The translations under genes were made by a program, and so were the position numbers. A stretch of 63,773 bases of DNA, counting the filler. It is 6 parts of 6 records of this genome, joined end to end, with 100 filler letters (N's around TTAATTAATTAA, not from the genome) between each part and the next. Parts side by side here need not be neighbours in the genome. Positions count along the whole stretch, not along the records: positions 15,866 to 28,517 come from DRR378314_2588; positions 28,618 to 40,809 come from DRR378314_2596; 4 more parts are not named here. One strand, 5' to 3'. A model generated the notes under the pieces. It was not told the DNA's origin, ran no database searches, and was given only the letters and a program-made list of their open reading frames with translations. The first letter of the stretch is position 1. Each line of letters starts with the position of its first letter. Positions 27,054 to 36,951 of the stretch are shown here, in pieces.

Positions 27054-28079
27054 ATGAAAAAACTGCAAAAAGAAACTATCTACGACATCGCTCAACGCGC
27101 CGGTGCGTCCCCTTCCACCGTAAGCGCAGCGCTGAATGGAACCTGGAAGAAGCGCCGCATCGCCAAGGCCACGGCAGAGCGGATCATCGCGATCGCCCGG
27201 AATCAGGGGTATTCTGCGAATCTTCAGGCGCGGGCGTTGCGCACATCGCGCTCTGGATTGGTTGCCCTGCTGGTACCCGAATACAATCGGTTTTTCTCGA
27301 ATATTGCCCAGACGTTCTCGGAAGAAGTACGCGCACGCAATCAGTGTCCGGTCATCATCTCGACGGGACGCAACCCTGAAGAGGAGCGTACCACCGTCGC
27401 GGATCTGACCTCATGGTCGATCGATGCGATTTTCTTTGTTGGGGCTGTCGCGCCGGAGGAGCTGAGCCTGCAATGTCAGGCGACCCAGATCCCCCATGTC
27501 TTTGTCGATCAGCCCTGTGCCCTCGCACCATCCGTTGTCACCGACAATCGCACCGGAGCGCATATACTAACCCGTCAGATCATCGCCAGCATGGCAGAAC
27601 GTGGACTTCAGCTTGGCCCTGATCCGCGCGATACGATTTACTTTCTCGGTGGCAATCGCTTGCTTCCCTCGACGCGAAACCGGGTCGAAGGTTTCTCCGA
27701 AGCGATGTATGCTCAGGTCGGGCATCTCCACCCCGATCAGATCATCGCCGAGACCTATGATCTGGATGCAGCCACCGCCTCGATCAGCGCGCTATATGAC
27801 CGGATTGGAGGCCTGCCACGCGGATTGTTTATCAATTCGGATTCCGTCTTTGAGGGCGCATTGCGTTTCCTTGCCAAGCTTCCCGAGGCCGAGCTGCGCG
27901 ACTGCGCCATGGCCTGTTTCGACTATGAGCCGTTTGGCCAACTCCTGCGCTTCCCGGTTCACATGATGCGACAACGACACAAGATGCTGGTGCAGCGGGC
28001 CTTTGCTCTGCTGGAAAGCGACAGCTCACCTGTCATCGAAATGGTGCAACCAGAACTCTATCCCGCGCCACATCAATAG
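27054..28079 (+). CDS. LacI family transcriptional regulator
   Basis: TIYDIAQRAGASPSTVSAALNG HTH and YSANLQARALR hinge; divergent from the sugar operon. An alternative start lies at 27024. Confidence 0.93.
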   Translation: MKKLQKETIYDIAQRAGASPSTVSAALNGTWKKRRIAKATAERIIAIARNQGYSANLQARALRTSRSGLVALLVPEYNRFFSNIAQTFSEEVRARNQCPVIISTGRNPEEERTTVADLTSWSIDAIFFVGAVAPEELSLQCQATQIPHVFVDQPCALAPSVVTDNRTGAHILTRQIIASMAERGLQLGPDPRDTIYFLGGNRLLPSTRNRVEGFSEAMYAQVGHLHPDQIIAETYDLDAATASISALYDRIGGLPRGLFINSDSVFEGALRFLAKLPEAELRDCAMACFDYEPFGQLLRFPVHMMRQRHKMLVQRAFALLESDSSPVIEMVQPELYPAPHQ

Positions 28080-28132
28080 GGCGAATGCAGCACAGGCAAA
28101 ATGATGTGCTGTCACTCCTGCTATCGCAGGCT

Positions 28133-28517
28133 CTACGCGCCGTGTTTCCCAAGGTTGCGGGTCAATCGCGCCACCCCGAGATGCAGCAGCACCGAGAACA
28201 CGCCAAGCGTCAGCATCGCGGCGAACATCAGATCTGTCTTGGCGCGCCCATTCGCCAGCAACATCAGATAGCCCAGCCCGCGCGAGGCCCCCACCCATTC
28301 GCCGATGACCGCGCCGATCGGGGCATAGACCGCGGCAAGGCGCACGCCCGAGGCCAGAGATGGCAAAGCGGCAGGAATGCTGATGTTCCACAGAATGCGT
28401 GACGGGCTGGCCTGCATCGTGCGCGCAAGATCGAGATAGCCCTGCGGCGTACGCATCAGGCCGTCAAAGAACGACGCGGTGATGGGAAAATAGATGATCA
28501 GCACCGCCATCGCGACC
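28133..28517 (-). CDS. ABC permease, SsuC/ThiX-like (5'-truncated)
   Basis: IPAALPSLASG, IGAVIGEWVGASRGLGYLM. Confidence 0.85.
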
Positions 28518-28617
28518 NNNNNNNNNNNNNNNNNNNNNNNNNNNNNNNNNNNNNNNNNNNNTTAATTAATTAANNNNNNNNNNNNNNNNNNNNNNNNNNN
28601 NNNNNNNNNNNNNNNNN
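28518..28617. other. Artificial contig linker
   Basis: N-run with central TTAATTAATTAA. Confidence 0.99.
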
Positions 28618-28643
28618 CTGTATGAAACCTGCCTCAATAACTT

Positions 28644-28672
28644 AACGTCGGCCTTGTGCCGGCGTTTTTTTT
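28644..28672 (+). terminator. Intrinsic terminator
   Basis: AACGTCGGC-CTTGT-GCCGGCGTT followed by a T run. Confidence 0.7.
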
Positions 28673-28828
28673 GTCTTGAGCGGCTCTCTTGTGATGGAAA
28701 GTTTGTGACCGTCCCGTGTCTGCGGACTGCTATGGAGCGAGACATTTCCCTTCGATTGGAGATTTATTTCGCGGATGCAGCATGCAAAGCTGCTGCCGGA
28801 AACCATCCAAGATCTCAGGGGAACGAAC

Positions 28829-29602
28829 ATGTCCGTCACAGGTAAAACCGCGATTGTAACCGGATCCAATTCAGGGATCGGACTGGGCGTCGCGCGGGAG
28901 CTGGCGCGCGCCGGTGCCAATGTCGTGCTGAACTCGTTTACCGACACGAGCGAGGATCACGCGCTGGCAGCGGAAATGGCCGAGGAGTTTGGTGTCGAGG
29001 TGCGCTATATCAAGGCCGATATGTCAAAGGCGGAAGAATGCCGTGCGCTGATCGAGCAGGCCGGGCAGTGCGATATCCTGGTGAACAATGCGGGCATCCA
29101 GCATGTGGCACCGATCGATGAATTCCCGACCGAAAAGTGGGATGCGATCATCGCCATCAACCTGACCTCCGCTTTTCATACCACCGCTGCAGCCTTGCCA
29201 AAGATGCGGGAGGCTGGTTGGGGCAGGGTGGTCAATATCGCCTCCGCGCATGGCCTGACCGCATCGCCATATAAATCTGCCTATGTCGCCGCCAAACACG
29301 GCATCGTTGGTATGACAAAGGCGGTCGGACTGGAAACAGCCGAAGAGCCGATCACCTGTAACGCGGTTTGCCCGGGCTATGTTCTGACGCCGCTCGTAGA
29401 GGCGCAGATCCCGGATACCATGGAAAAATACAACATGGACCGCGACGAGGTGATCAAGAAAGTGATGCTGGAGCGTCAGCCATCGCGTGAATTTGCGACA
29501 GTGGAGCAGCTGGGCGGGACTGTGAATTTCCTGTGTTCCGACGCTGCCAAGCAAATCACCGGCACCACGATCAGTGTGGATGGGGGCTGGACCGCGCTCT
29601 GA
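28829..29602 (+). CDS. bdhA: 3-hydroxybutyrate dehydrogenase
   Basis: TGSNSGIG, NNAGIQHVAPI, ASAHGL, KSAYVAAKHG, CPGYVLTPLV, DGGWTA. Confidence 0.93.
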   Translation: MSVTGKTAIVTGSNSGIGLGVARELARAGANVVLNSFTDTSEDHALAAEMAEEFGVEVRYIKADMSKAEECRALIEQAGQCDILVNNAGIQHVAPIDEFPTEKWDAIIAINLTSAFHTTAAALPKMREAGWGRVVNIASAHGLTASPYKSAYVAAKHGIVGMTKAVGLETAEEPITCNAVCPGYVLTPLVEAQIPDTMEKYNMDRDEVIKKVMLERQPSREFATVEQLGGTVNFLCSDAAKQITGTTISVDGGWTAL

Positions 29603-29672
29603 GCTGCAATTCTTGACCATGTAGCCGGGGCCTGCTCCGGCTACTCAAACTCCGTAAGTATTGGATTTCAAA

Positions 29673-30701
29673 ATGGTAAAACGCATCAACCTGGCCCTGC
29701 AGGGCGGCGGCGCGCATGGTGCGTTCACGTGGGGTGTCCTTGATCGCTTGCTCGAAGACGAGGAAATCGAAATCGCGGCGATCACCGGGACCTCGGCTGG
29801 CGCTCTGAACGGTGCTGCCTTTAAGGCGGGAATGGCACGAGATGGGCGGGACGGGGCGAAAGTTTCGCTGGACCGGCTCTGGGCGCGGATGGGGGCAGTT
29901 GGTGATATGCGCATGGCCAACTGGATCGCCGGTTTTGACGCCAGCCCGCTGCTCAATGTGTTAAAGGTCATGGCGCCGTTTTCGCCGATGGAGGCGATAA
30001 GTCAGGCCATCTCTCCTTATTCGTATGGTCCGTTTTACCAAAACCCGCTCCGTCCTGTGGTGGAGCAATTTGATTTTGGCGAGGTCTGTGCTGATGCCGG
30101 GCCTGATCTCTACATCTGCGCCACCTGTGTGCAAACCGGCAAGGTGCGCGTTTTTTCGGGCGCGGAGGTGTCGACTGATGCCATTCTCGCTTCAGCGTGC
30201 TTGCCAAATCTGTTTCAGGCCATCGAAATTCCAAACCCCGAGACCGGGACCTGTGACGCGTATTGGGATGGCGGCTACACTGGCAATCCGGCCTTGTTCC
30301 CACTGTTTCGGGACGACCTTCCGGATGATGTGATTGTCGTTAATATCAATCCGCTTGTGCGCGAAGATGTGCCAAAGACCGCGCATGATATCCAGAACCG
30401 GGTGAATGAGATCAGCTTCAATTCCTCGCTCTTGCGGGAATTGCGCGCCATTTCCTTCGTGCAGCGGCTTATATCGGAGGGCACCATGGACCGTGGCCGG
30501 ATGAAGCAGGTTCTGGTGCACATGATTTCGGACGATGATCTGATGACACGGCTTTCGGTGACCACGAAGCTGATACCGATCCCGCAGGTCCTGCACACGT
30601 TGAAACAGGCGGGCAGAGCCGCAGCTGAGGGATTTCTGGATGCACATCGCAAAGACCTGGGGAACCGCCAAAGCGTTGACCTTGCTGCGATGTTTGGCTG
30701 A
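29673..30701 (+). CDS. Patatin-like phospholipase/esterase
   Basis: GGGAHG oxyanion motif, GTSAG nucleophile, DGG. Confidence 0.92.
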   Translation: MVKRINLALQGGGAHGAFTWGVLDRLLEDEEIEIAAITGTSAGALNGAAFKAGMARDGRDGAKVSLDRLWARMGAVGDMRMANWIAGFDASPLLNVLKVMAPFSPMEAISQAISPYSYGPFYQNPLRPVVEQFDFGEVCADAGPDLYICATCVQTGKVRVFSGAEVSTDAILASACLPNLFQAIEIPNPETGTCDAYWDGGYTGNPALFPLFRDDLPDDVIVVNINPLVREDVPKTAHDIQNRVNEISFNSSLLRELRAISFVQRLISEGTMDRGRMKQVLVHMISDDDLMTRLSVTTKLIPIPQVLHTLKQAGRAAAEGFLDAHRKDLGNRQSVDLAAMFG

Positions 30702-30709
30702 GGACAACG

Positions 30710-31408
30710 TTACTTGGAGGTTTTCTCCTCCAGAGCCTCCACCGGATCCTTGCCGTTGGGATAGACCAGACCCGCCGAAATCACGAGTTTTGCGGCGTCC
30801 TCGACGGTCATGTCCAACTCGATGACATCTTCTTCGGGGAAATACAGCAGGAACCCGGAGGTCGGATTTGGCGTGGTTGGGACAAACACACTGACCAGAC
30901 GACCGCTGGTTTCGGCGTGTTTCAGGATCTCGCCCTTGGCAGTGGTCGAAATGAAACCGATCGCCCAGATGCCGCGACGCGGGTATTGGATCAGACAGGC
31001 CTTTTCAAAGCTGCGCTCCGTCTGGGCAAAGACGGTCTCCGAGATCTGCTTGATCCCGGAGTAGATGGAACGGACCACCGGCATACGATCCACAAGACGT
31101 TCGCCATAACCAAGCAGGGACCGACCGATGATGCCCTTTGCAACCCAGCCGACCATGATCGTGAACAGCAGAAAGATGATCAGGCCGACGCCACGCAGAT
31201 TGATGCCGACGTATTGCTCCGGCTGGAATGTGTTTGGCACCAGCGGCAGGACAACCCCGTCGACCCACCCCATAACAGCCCAGAGCAGCCAAATCGTCAG
31301 TCCGATAGGTGCAATGACGACGAGACCAGTCAGAAACGAAGACTGCAGCCGGGCAAACAGCCCGGGGCGGCGCGGCGGAGGTGGGGGGTCGTCAAATGGC
31401 GTGTTCAT
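30710..31408 (-). CDS. DUF502 family membrane protein
   Basis: FLTGL...PIGLT, PVVRSIY, VFVPTTPNPTSGF, VISAG. Confidence 0.92.
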   Translation of the reverse strand: MNTPFDDPPPPPRRPGLFARLQSSFLTGLVVIAPIGLTIWLLWAVMGWVDGVVLPLVPNTFQPEQYVGINLRGVGLIIFLLFTIMVGWVAKGIIGRSLLGYGERLVDRMPVVRSIYSGIKQISETVFAQTERSFEKACLIQYPRRGIWAIGFISTTAKGEILKHAETSGRLVSVFVPTTPNPTSGFLLYFPEEDVIELDMTVEDAAKLVISAGLVYPNGKDPVEALEEKTSK

Positions 31409-31494
31409 TTTCTGCTATCTGATTGGCTCGCATGCAAGTTAGGGACTGTTGACCCCCTCTACAATGGATTCGCACGCAGCCTGTTTCGATTGTC

Positions 31495-32403
31495 TCAGAG
31501 CTTGACCAATTCTTTTGCAATCTCTGTCGCAAGCCGTGCATTGTTACGGACCAGCGCGATATTGGCCTCCAGAGAACGCCCCTCGGTCAGTTCAAAGATC
31601 CGCTGCAGCAGGAAGGGTGTCACGCCCTTGCCGGAGACGCCCTGAGCATCCGCTTCACTTTGCGCCTGTGCAATGATCGGTGCGAGGTCGTCTGCCGGAA
31701 TTTGCTCGTTTGCGGGGATGGGGTTTGCCACCAGTTGGCCACCGGGAAGGTCCATGGCGCCGCGCAGGAAATGTGCACGGGCAATCTCTGCGGCACTGTC
31801 CATGCGCAGGGGGGCTGTCAGCTCCGAGGTTGCAGACCAAAACGCCGGAAAGCTGTCCTGACCAAACGCGATCACTGGAACGCCCTGGGTTTCTAGCACT
31901 TCGAGCGTTTTGGGGACGTCGAGAATGGCCTTGGCGCCTGCTGCCACGACGGTGACCGGCGTTTGTGCCAGTTCAAGTAGATCAGCCGAAATGTCAAAGC
32001 TGCTCTCGGCGCCCTTGTGAACGCCGCCGATGCCACCGGTGGCAAAGACGGAAATTCCGGCGAGACGTGCGGCGATCATCGTTGCGGCAACGGTGGTTGC
32101 GCCAGTGCCGCCGGTGGCAAGGCATGCGGCGAAATCAGCGCGCGAGAGCTTTGCGACACCTTCAGCCTGACCCAGAGACTGCAGGATGTCAGCCTCCAGA
32201 CCAACATGCAGAGCGCCGTTGATTACCGCCATGGTGGCGGGGACTGCACCAGCGGCACGGATGTCGCTCTCGACCTGGGCGGCGACTTCGACATTTTGCG
32301 GATAGGGCATGCCGTGCGTGATGATGGTGCTTTCCAGCGCGACAATGGGCTTGCCTTCTGCACGGGCGATTTCGACTTCGGCGGAATAGATGATGTCGAT
32401 CAC
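31495..32403 (-). CDS. psuG: Pseudouridine-5'-phosphate glycosidase
   Basis: VALESTIITHGMPYPQN, GATTVAATM, FATGGIGGVH, DISADL, TPFLL. Confidence 0.96.
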   Translation of the reverse strand: MIDIIYSAEVEIARAEGKPIVALESTIITHGMPYPQNVEVAAQVESDIRAAGAVPATMAVINGALHVGLEADILQSLGQAEGVAKLSRADFAACLATGGTGATTVAATMIAARLAGISVFATGGIGGVHKGAESSFDISADLLELAQTPVTVVAAGAKAILDVPKTLEVLETQGVPVIAFGQDSFPAFWSATSELTAPLRMDSAAEIARAHFLRGAMDLPGGQLVANPIPANEQIPADDLAPIIAQAQSEADAQGVSGKGVTPFLLQRIFELTEGRSLEANIALVRNNARLATEIAKELVKL

Positions 32404-33308
32404 AGGGGAGGTTCTCCGGATACGTAAGTTGCGGCTGCGCGCAGAGCGGATGCGAGAGCGTTATCACGTTCCTCGCCTCGAGCCTCTGCAGCGATATGAG
32501 CGGCCATGAAGGTGTCTCCGGCACCGGTCACACGCGCCACAGTGACCCGTGGCGGGATCTGGGTGCGAGCGCCACTGGCGTCGGCTTCTGTGGCGGATTG
32601 TCCACCGTCGGTCACCAACACGCGGGCAGCCCCGCGGGAGAGCAACACATCGGCGGCTGTCTTACTGTCAGTAAAGGTGGTCTGGCACAGCAGTCCGGCC
32701 TCTTCCAAATTCACATAAAGCGTGCCGCACCCATGAGTCAGGAACGGGCGCAGACGCTCAGCCTTGCCCGGCGAGGCTGGTGCGACACGCAGATCCGCAC
32801 CGGCGAATGCGGTATGGGTCGCAATATCGTCGAGCAGCGCCAGTTTCAGGTTCCCATCTAGCGCGATGGGGCCGATGAACGGTGCTGCTTCCGTGCCCAG
32901 GGGGCCATCGATCAGGGGGCGCAGAATTTTGTCGCCAGCTGCCTCGAGCGAATGCGCATCGGCGATGGCGGCGATCAAGCCGTTGGCACCTTCGACCGCC
33001 ATGTAGCGATCCGTCGGCAAATCCTCAGACCGGTAGAGGTAGTCGGTGATGAGGCCGAGATGCCCGCAGGCTGTAATCAGCTCATCGCCTTCGGGATCGC
33101 GCCCGATGGCGCTCAACACGGCGGGTCTCATGCCGAAACGCGCCAGGGTCATGGCGATATTCATGGCGACACCGCCGGGCAGGCGCGTGATGCGCCCGGG
33201 CATGTCAGAGCCACGCTGCATTTCCATGGTGCTGCGGCCGATGATGTCCCACAGGACCGAGCCGACGCACAGAATGTCAGGTTTGGAACGATCAGTGAAT
33301 TCAGTCAT
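32400..33308 (-). CDS. PfkB family kinase, probable pseudouridine kinase
   Basis: GGVAMNIA and VTGAGDTF motifs; overlaps the psuG start. Confidence 0.85.
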   Translation of the reverse strand: MTEFTDRSKPDILCVGSVLWDIIGRSTMEMQRGSDMPGRITRLPGGVAMNIAMTLARFGMRPAVLSAIGRDPEGDELITACGHLGLITDYLYRSEDLPTDRYMAVEGANGLIAAIADAHSLEAAGDKILRPLIDGPLGTEAAPFIGPIALDGNLKLALLDDIATHTAFAGADLRVAPASPGKAERLRPFLTHGCGTLYVNLEEAGLLCQTTFTDSKTAADVLLSRGAARVLVTDGGQSATEADASGARTQIPPRVTVARVTGAGDTFMAAHIAAEARGEERDNALASALRAAATYVSGEPPL

Positions 33309-33345
33309 GACGATCTATTGCCGCCTTTCGCGGCGTCCCGCAAGC

Positions 33346-34187
33346 CTATTCCGGCACAGCAAATGTCAGTGCGGCCCAATAGATCAGCCAATGCGCCCCG
33401 GTTTCTTCAGTTGCGGGAGCGAAACCTACGGAATCTAAGAGATAACTGTGACCTTGGGTCACGGGCATCCGCGTCTGCCCACCGGCGTCGGTTCGATGGG
33501 TCGTGGTGGTGACGGTGCCATTGGTATCCTTTTCGAACACCGGGATCATGGTATCAGACTGGGGCACTCCATCCAGTCTGAGCTCCACCTGCATTTGACC
33601 GTCGAAGCTCTCATCATATGGGCTTGTCAGCGCGATGAATTCCGTTTTCAATCCAAAGGCCCGATCTTTTCCCGCGCCATGTCCGAACGCGATCAGGGTC
33701 TTTGCATGGCGGGTGTAGTGCTCGGTGAAATCAATCTCTGGCCACCCCTTGTTTCGATGAAATTCCGGCACATCCGGTCGACCCTTTTCCTCGGCAAACT
33801 TCTGGACTTCTCCCATTTGGAGTAAGTAATGCTGCTGGGAGTGGTTTCGTGGACCAGAACCAGAAGCCCGTCGGGCAGGCCTGTGGCTTGAAATGCAGGA
33901 AAATCCCCGAGGCATCCGGAATAACTGGATGTTTCCCCTTCGTGGCTCAGCTCAAATCGGGCAATGTCGTTTGAAAGATAGGGGAGCGTGATACCGACAA
34001 AGTGCTGCCCGTTCCGCAGATCGACCGAGATCGGGCTGTTTGGGGCAAAGATGTAGGGGGACGCATCAAGCCAGAATTCATGCGCCATGGCAGGTACGCT
34101 GCCACCAATTGCACAGAGCATAAGAAACAGACGGAGGGTTTTTATGCAGGGTATCGGCCTCGTTTCCGGGCGATTGCGTTTCATCAT
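33346..34187 (-). pseudogene. DUF4198 family protein split by a single frameshift near 33806
   Basis: One frame gives signal peptide + AHEFWLD...ITYSKWEK; the other continues QKFAEEKG...FTEHYTRHAKTLI...WAALTFAVPE. Adding one T in AAGT[T]CCAG restores KWEKFQKF. Start position uncertain. Confidence 0.75.
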
Positions 34188-35301
34188 CTATCTTTGCGCG
34201 GCACTGGTTGCCTTGTTGCTTGGCGGGGGGGCACCAAGTCGCGCTCAGGCGCATGAGTTGACTCCGACCATCATCGATTTCCGCGTCGTCGACAGTCAGC
34301 TTGCCATGCGCATCCGCATGAACCTAGAGGCTTTTGTTTCCGGTATGGATCTTGACACGGTTGTGAACACAGACACCGCTGAACAGGTTGGTATGTATCA
34401 CGCCCTGCGTGAGATGTCCCCGGAGTCCCTTCGCCCGGTGGCGACGGATTTTGCCCGTGGCTGGTTACCGAAGATCACACTGGCGGCGGAGGCACCGCTG
34501 ACATTGCGGCTTGGCGATATGGAAATCGCGGCAATCGGAGATCCGGAACTGCCGCGCCCAACGACGCTGATGGTTTCTGCTGGTTTGCCGTCAGATGCCC
34601 GCGTTGTCACACTCACTTGGCCGAAGGGTGCTGGTAGTGTGGTGGTGCGCCAGCATGAGGTTGATGCACCTTACACCGGTTACCTACAGAGTGGAGAGGT
34701 GACCCCGCCGATACCGCTCAGTGGTGGGGCGCAGATGTCGCCGATGCAGGCTCTTGTCGCCTACATTCCTGTCGGCTTTGACCACATCCTGCCAAAGGGA
34801 CTTGACCATGTCCTGTTTGTGCTTGGGTTGTTCTTCTTCAGCGCGCGATTGAAGCCGCTGATCTGGCAAATTTCTGCATTTACCCTCGCCCATACGATCA
34901 CCTTAGCTCTGGCAACGCTGGGCTGGCTTCAGGTCAGTGCTGCCATTGTGGAGCCTCTCATTGCGGCTTCGATCGTCTTTGTCGCGGTGGAGAATATCTT
35001 TGTTCGGCGACTGCACCCTTGGCGCCCGGTGGTGATATTCTGCTTTGGCCTGTTGCATGGGCTGGGGGTTGCGTCGGTGCTGGGGGAATTCGGTTTGCCG
35101 GTGTCGCATCTGATGCCCGCACTACTCGGGTTCAATATCGGGGTCGAGCTGGGGCAGTTGACGGTGATCGCCGCCGCCTATGCGTTGATCGGATACTGGT
35201 TTGGAAAACATCCGAAATATCGGGGGCGGGTGGCCATGCCCGCATCGGCAACCATTGCGTTGATCGGCGCCTACTGGTTTGTCGAGCGGGTTTTTCTCTG
35301 A
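34144..35301 (+). CDS. HupE/UreJ family protein with N-terminal periplasmic domain
   Basis: AQAHE, GFDHILPKGLDHVLFV, FTLAHTITL, GLLHGLG, FNIGVELGQ. Confidence 0.9.
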   Translation: MQGIGLVSGRLRFIIYLCAALVALLLGGGAPSRAQAHELTPTIIDFRVVDSQLAMRIRMNLEAFVSGMDLDTVVNTDTAEQVGMYHALREMSPESLRPVATDFARGWLPKITLAAEAPLTLRLGDMEIAAIGDPELPRPTTLMVSAGLPSDARVVTLTWPKGAGSVVVRQHEVDAPYTGYLQSGEVTPPIPLSGGAQMSPMQALVAYIPVGFDHILPKGLDHVLFVLGLFFFSARLKPLIWQISAFTLAHTITLALATLGWLQVSAAIVEPLIAASIVFVAVENIFVRRLHPWRPVVIFCFGLLHGLGVASVLGEFGLPVSHLMPALLGFNIGVELGQLTVIAAAYALIGYWFGKHPKYRGRVAMPASATIALIGAYWFVERVFL

Positions 35302-35350
35302 GGCGGCAGAGTGCGGGGCGTGGTCATCCGTGACCACGCCCGGGTTTTTC

Positions 35351-35983
35351 TTATTTCATCACAGCGTGCAGCGCTCTCATGGCGGCGACTGGATCTTCCT
35401 CACGCCAGATCTCTTCTCCAACGGCAAAGAAATCCGTGAAGGCAGAAAGCTCGCGCACCAAATCCGCGCTGAGGCCACCCTCGGCAACCACCGGCACTTC
35501 GATCATCTCAGACCACCACTGAAACAGGCCAGTCTCGGCAATGGCACCATCACCAAGCCCGGACGTGCCGACGGGACCAAAACAGACATAGTCAGCGCCC
35601 GCTTCGCCAGCGGTGATGCCCTCATGCTGAGAGGCGCCGCAGAAACAGCCGACAATGGCTTCCGTGCCGAGGGCCTTGCGCGCGCTGCGCACGGATTTGG
35701 AGGAATCCGTCAGATGCACACCATCGAGACCGAGACGCTCTGCAAGAATTTGGTGATCGGATATCACCAGGGCAATATCGCGGGCATGGGTCACTTCGCG
35801 CAGCGCATCTGCGGCGCGGCTCAGCGTGTCCTCGTCGCGGCTGACCAGGTCGAGACGCACGCAGGCGACTTCGATCTCGTCCAGCACACGGGCGAGCTGG
35901 CCGGGAAATTGTCCCAACTCGAAACTGGGCGGCGTAACCAGGTAAATCTGCGGCTGCTCCGGTGTCTGCTCTGCGCTGTCCAT
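35351..35983 (-). CDS. Thiamine phosphate synthase-like (ThiE family) protein
   Basis: QIYLVTP, LDGVHL, GADYVCFGPV, PVVAEGG. Confidence 0.85.
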   Translation of the reverse strand: MDSAEQTPEQPQIYLVTPPSFELGQFPGQLARVLDEIEVACVRLDLVSRDEDTLSRAADALREVTHARDIALVISDHQILAERLGLDGVHLTDSSKSVRSARKALGTEAIVGCFCGASQHEGITAGEAGADYVCFGPVGTSGLGDGAIAETGLFQWWSEMIEVPVVAEGGLSADLVRELSAFTDFFAVGEEIWREEDPVAAMRALHAVMK

Positions 35984-36138
35984 TGTCAGGCTCCTGTTGG
36001 CATGATTGGCGGGTATTTACCGGAAATAGCGCGCAACGCAAGGATCACGGGGGCCTGAGCCGTTGTTTTTAGGGGGCGAAGGCTTGCCCCAGCACGGCGC
36101 AGCCAGTATGGCAGAGCCGATTTTCCCGGAGTTCGCAG

Positions 36139-36888
36139 ATGCCCACAGACCGCCCTCAACCTCACTTCGTGCTTGTGCGCCCGCAAATGGGCGAGAACAT
36201 CGGCGGGGCCGCGCGGGCCATGTGGAACTTCGGATTGGACCGGATGCGCATCGTGGCCCCCCGCGACGGCTGGCCGAACCCAAAGGCGGTGGCCATGGCC
36301 TCCGGTGCCGGGCGGCTGCTGGACGAGGCTCAGCTGGCGCAGGACCTGCCCGAGGCGCTTGCCGACTGCACCTATGTCTTTGCCACCACGGCGCGCCCGC
36401 GTGAGCTGACAAAGCCGGTCTTCAGTCCCGAAGGTGCAATGAAGAAAGCCTCCGAACTCCTTGCGCAGGGTGAGAAAGTTGCGGTGCTTTTCGGGCCGGA
36501 ACGGGCCGGGCTGGAAAACGACGACATCGCCAAGGCAAACGCCATCATCACCGTGCCAGTGAACCCGGAGTTTGCATCTTTGAACCTGGCGCAATGCGTG
36601 TTGCTCTCCGCCTATGAGTGGCGCCGCCAGCAGGACAGCGTACCGGATGAGACGTTTGAGATCGGCAAATCGGACTGGGCAACGGGGCAGGAGGTCGAAG
36701 CGCTGGTGAAGCACTACGAGGATCGCCTGACTGAGGCCGGCTATTTCTTCCCACCGGAAAAAGCGCCCGGGATGAAGACCGTCTTTCGCAACCTCTGGAG
36801 CCGCATGCGCCTGACACGCGCCGATGTGCAGATGCTACACGGCGTGATGCGACAGATGGTCCGTTGGAAGAACCACGGTCCGGACTAA
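36139..36888 (+). CDS. trmJ: SPOUT RNA methyltransferase TrmJ/LasT family
   Basis: VRPQMGENIGGAARAMWNFG, ATTAR, FGPERAGLEN, SLNLAQ. Confidence 0.88.
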   Translation: MPTDRPQPHFVLVRPQMGENIGGAARAMWNFGLDRMRIVAPRDGWPNPKAVAMASGAGRLLDEAQLAQDLPEALADCTYVFATTARPRELTKPVFSPEGAMKKASELLAQGEKVAVLFGPERAGLENDDIAKANAIITVPVNPEFASLNLAQCVLLSAYEWRRQQDSVPDETFEIGKSDWATGQEVEALVKHYEDRLTEAGYFFPPEKAPGMKTVFRNLWSRMRLTRADVQMLHGVMRQMVRWKNHGPD

Positions 36889-36951
36889 CTCCGACTGGAC
36901 CTTTCCACCCTCAGACCCTAGCGTCCTGCCAGATGAAGATGTGAGGCCAAG

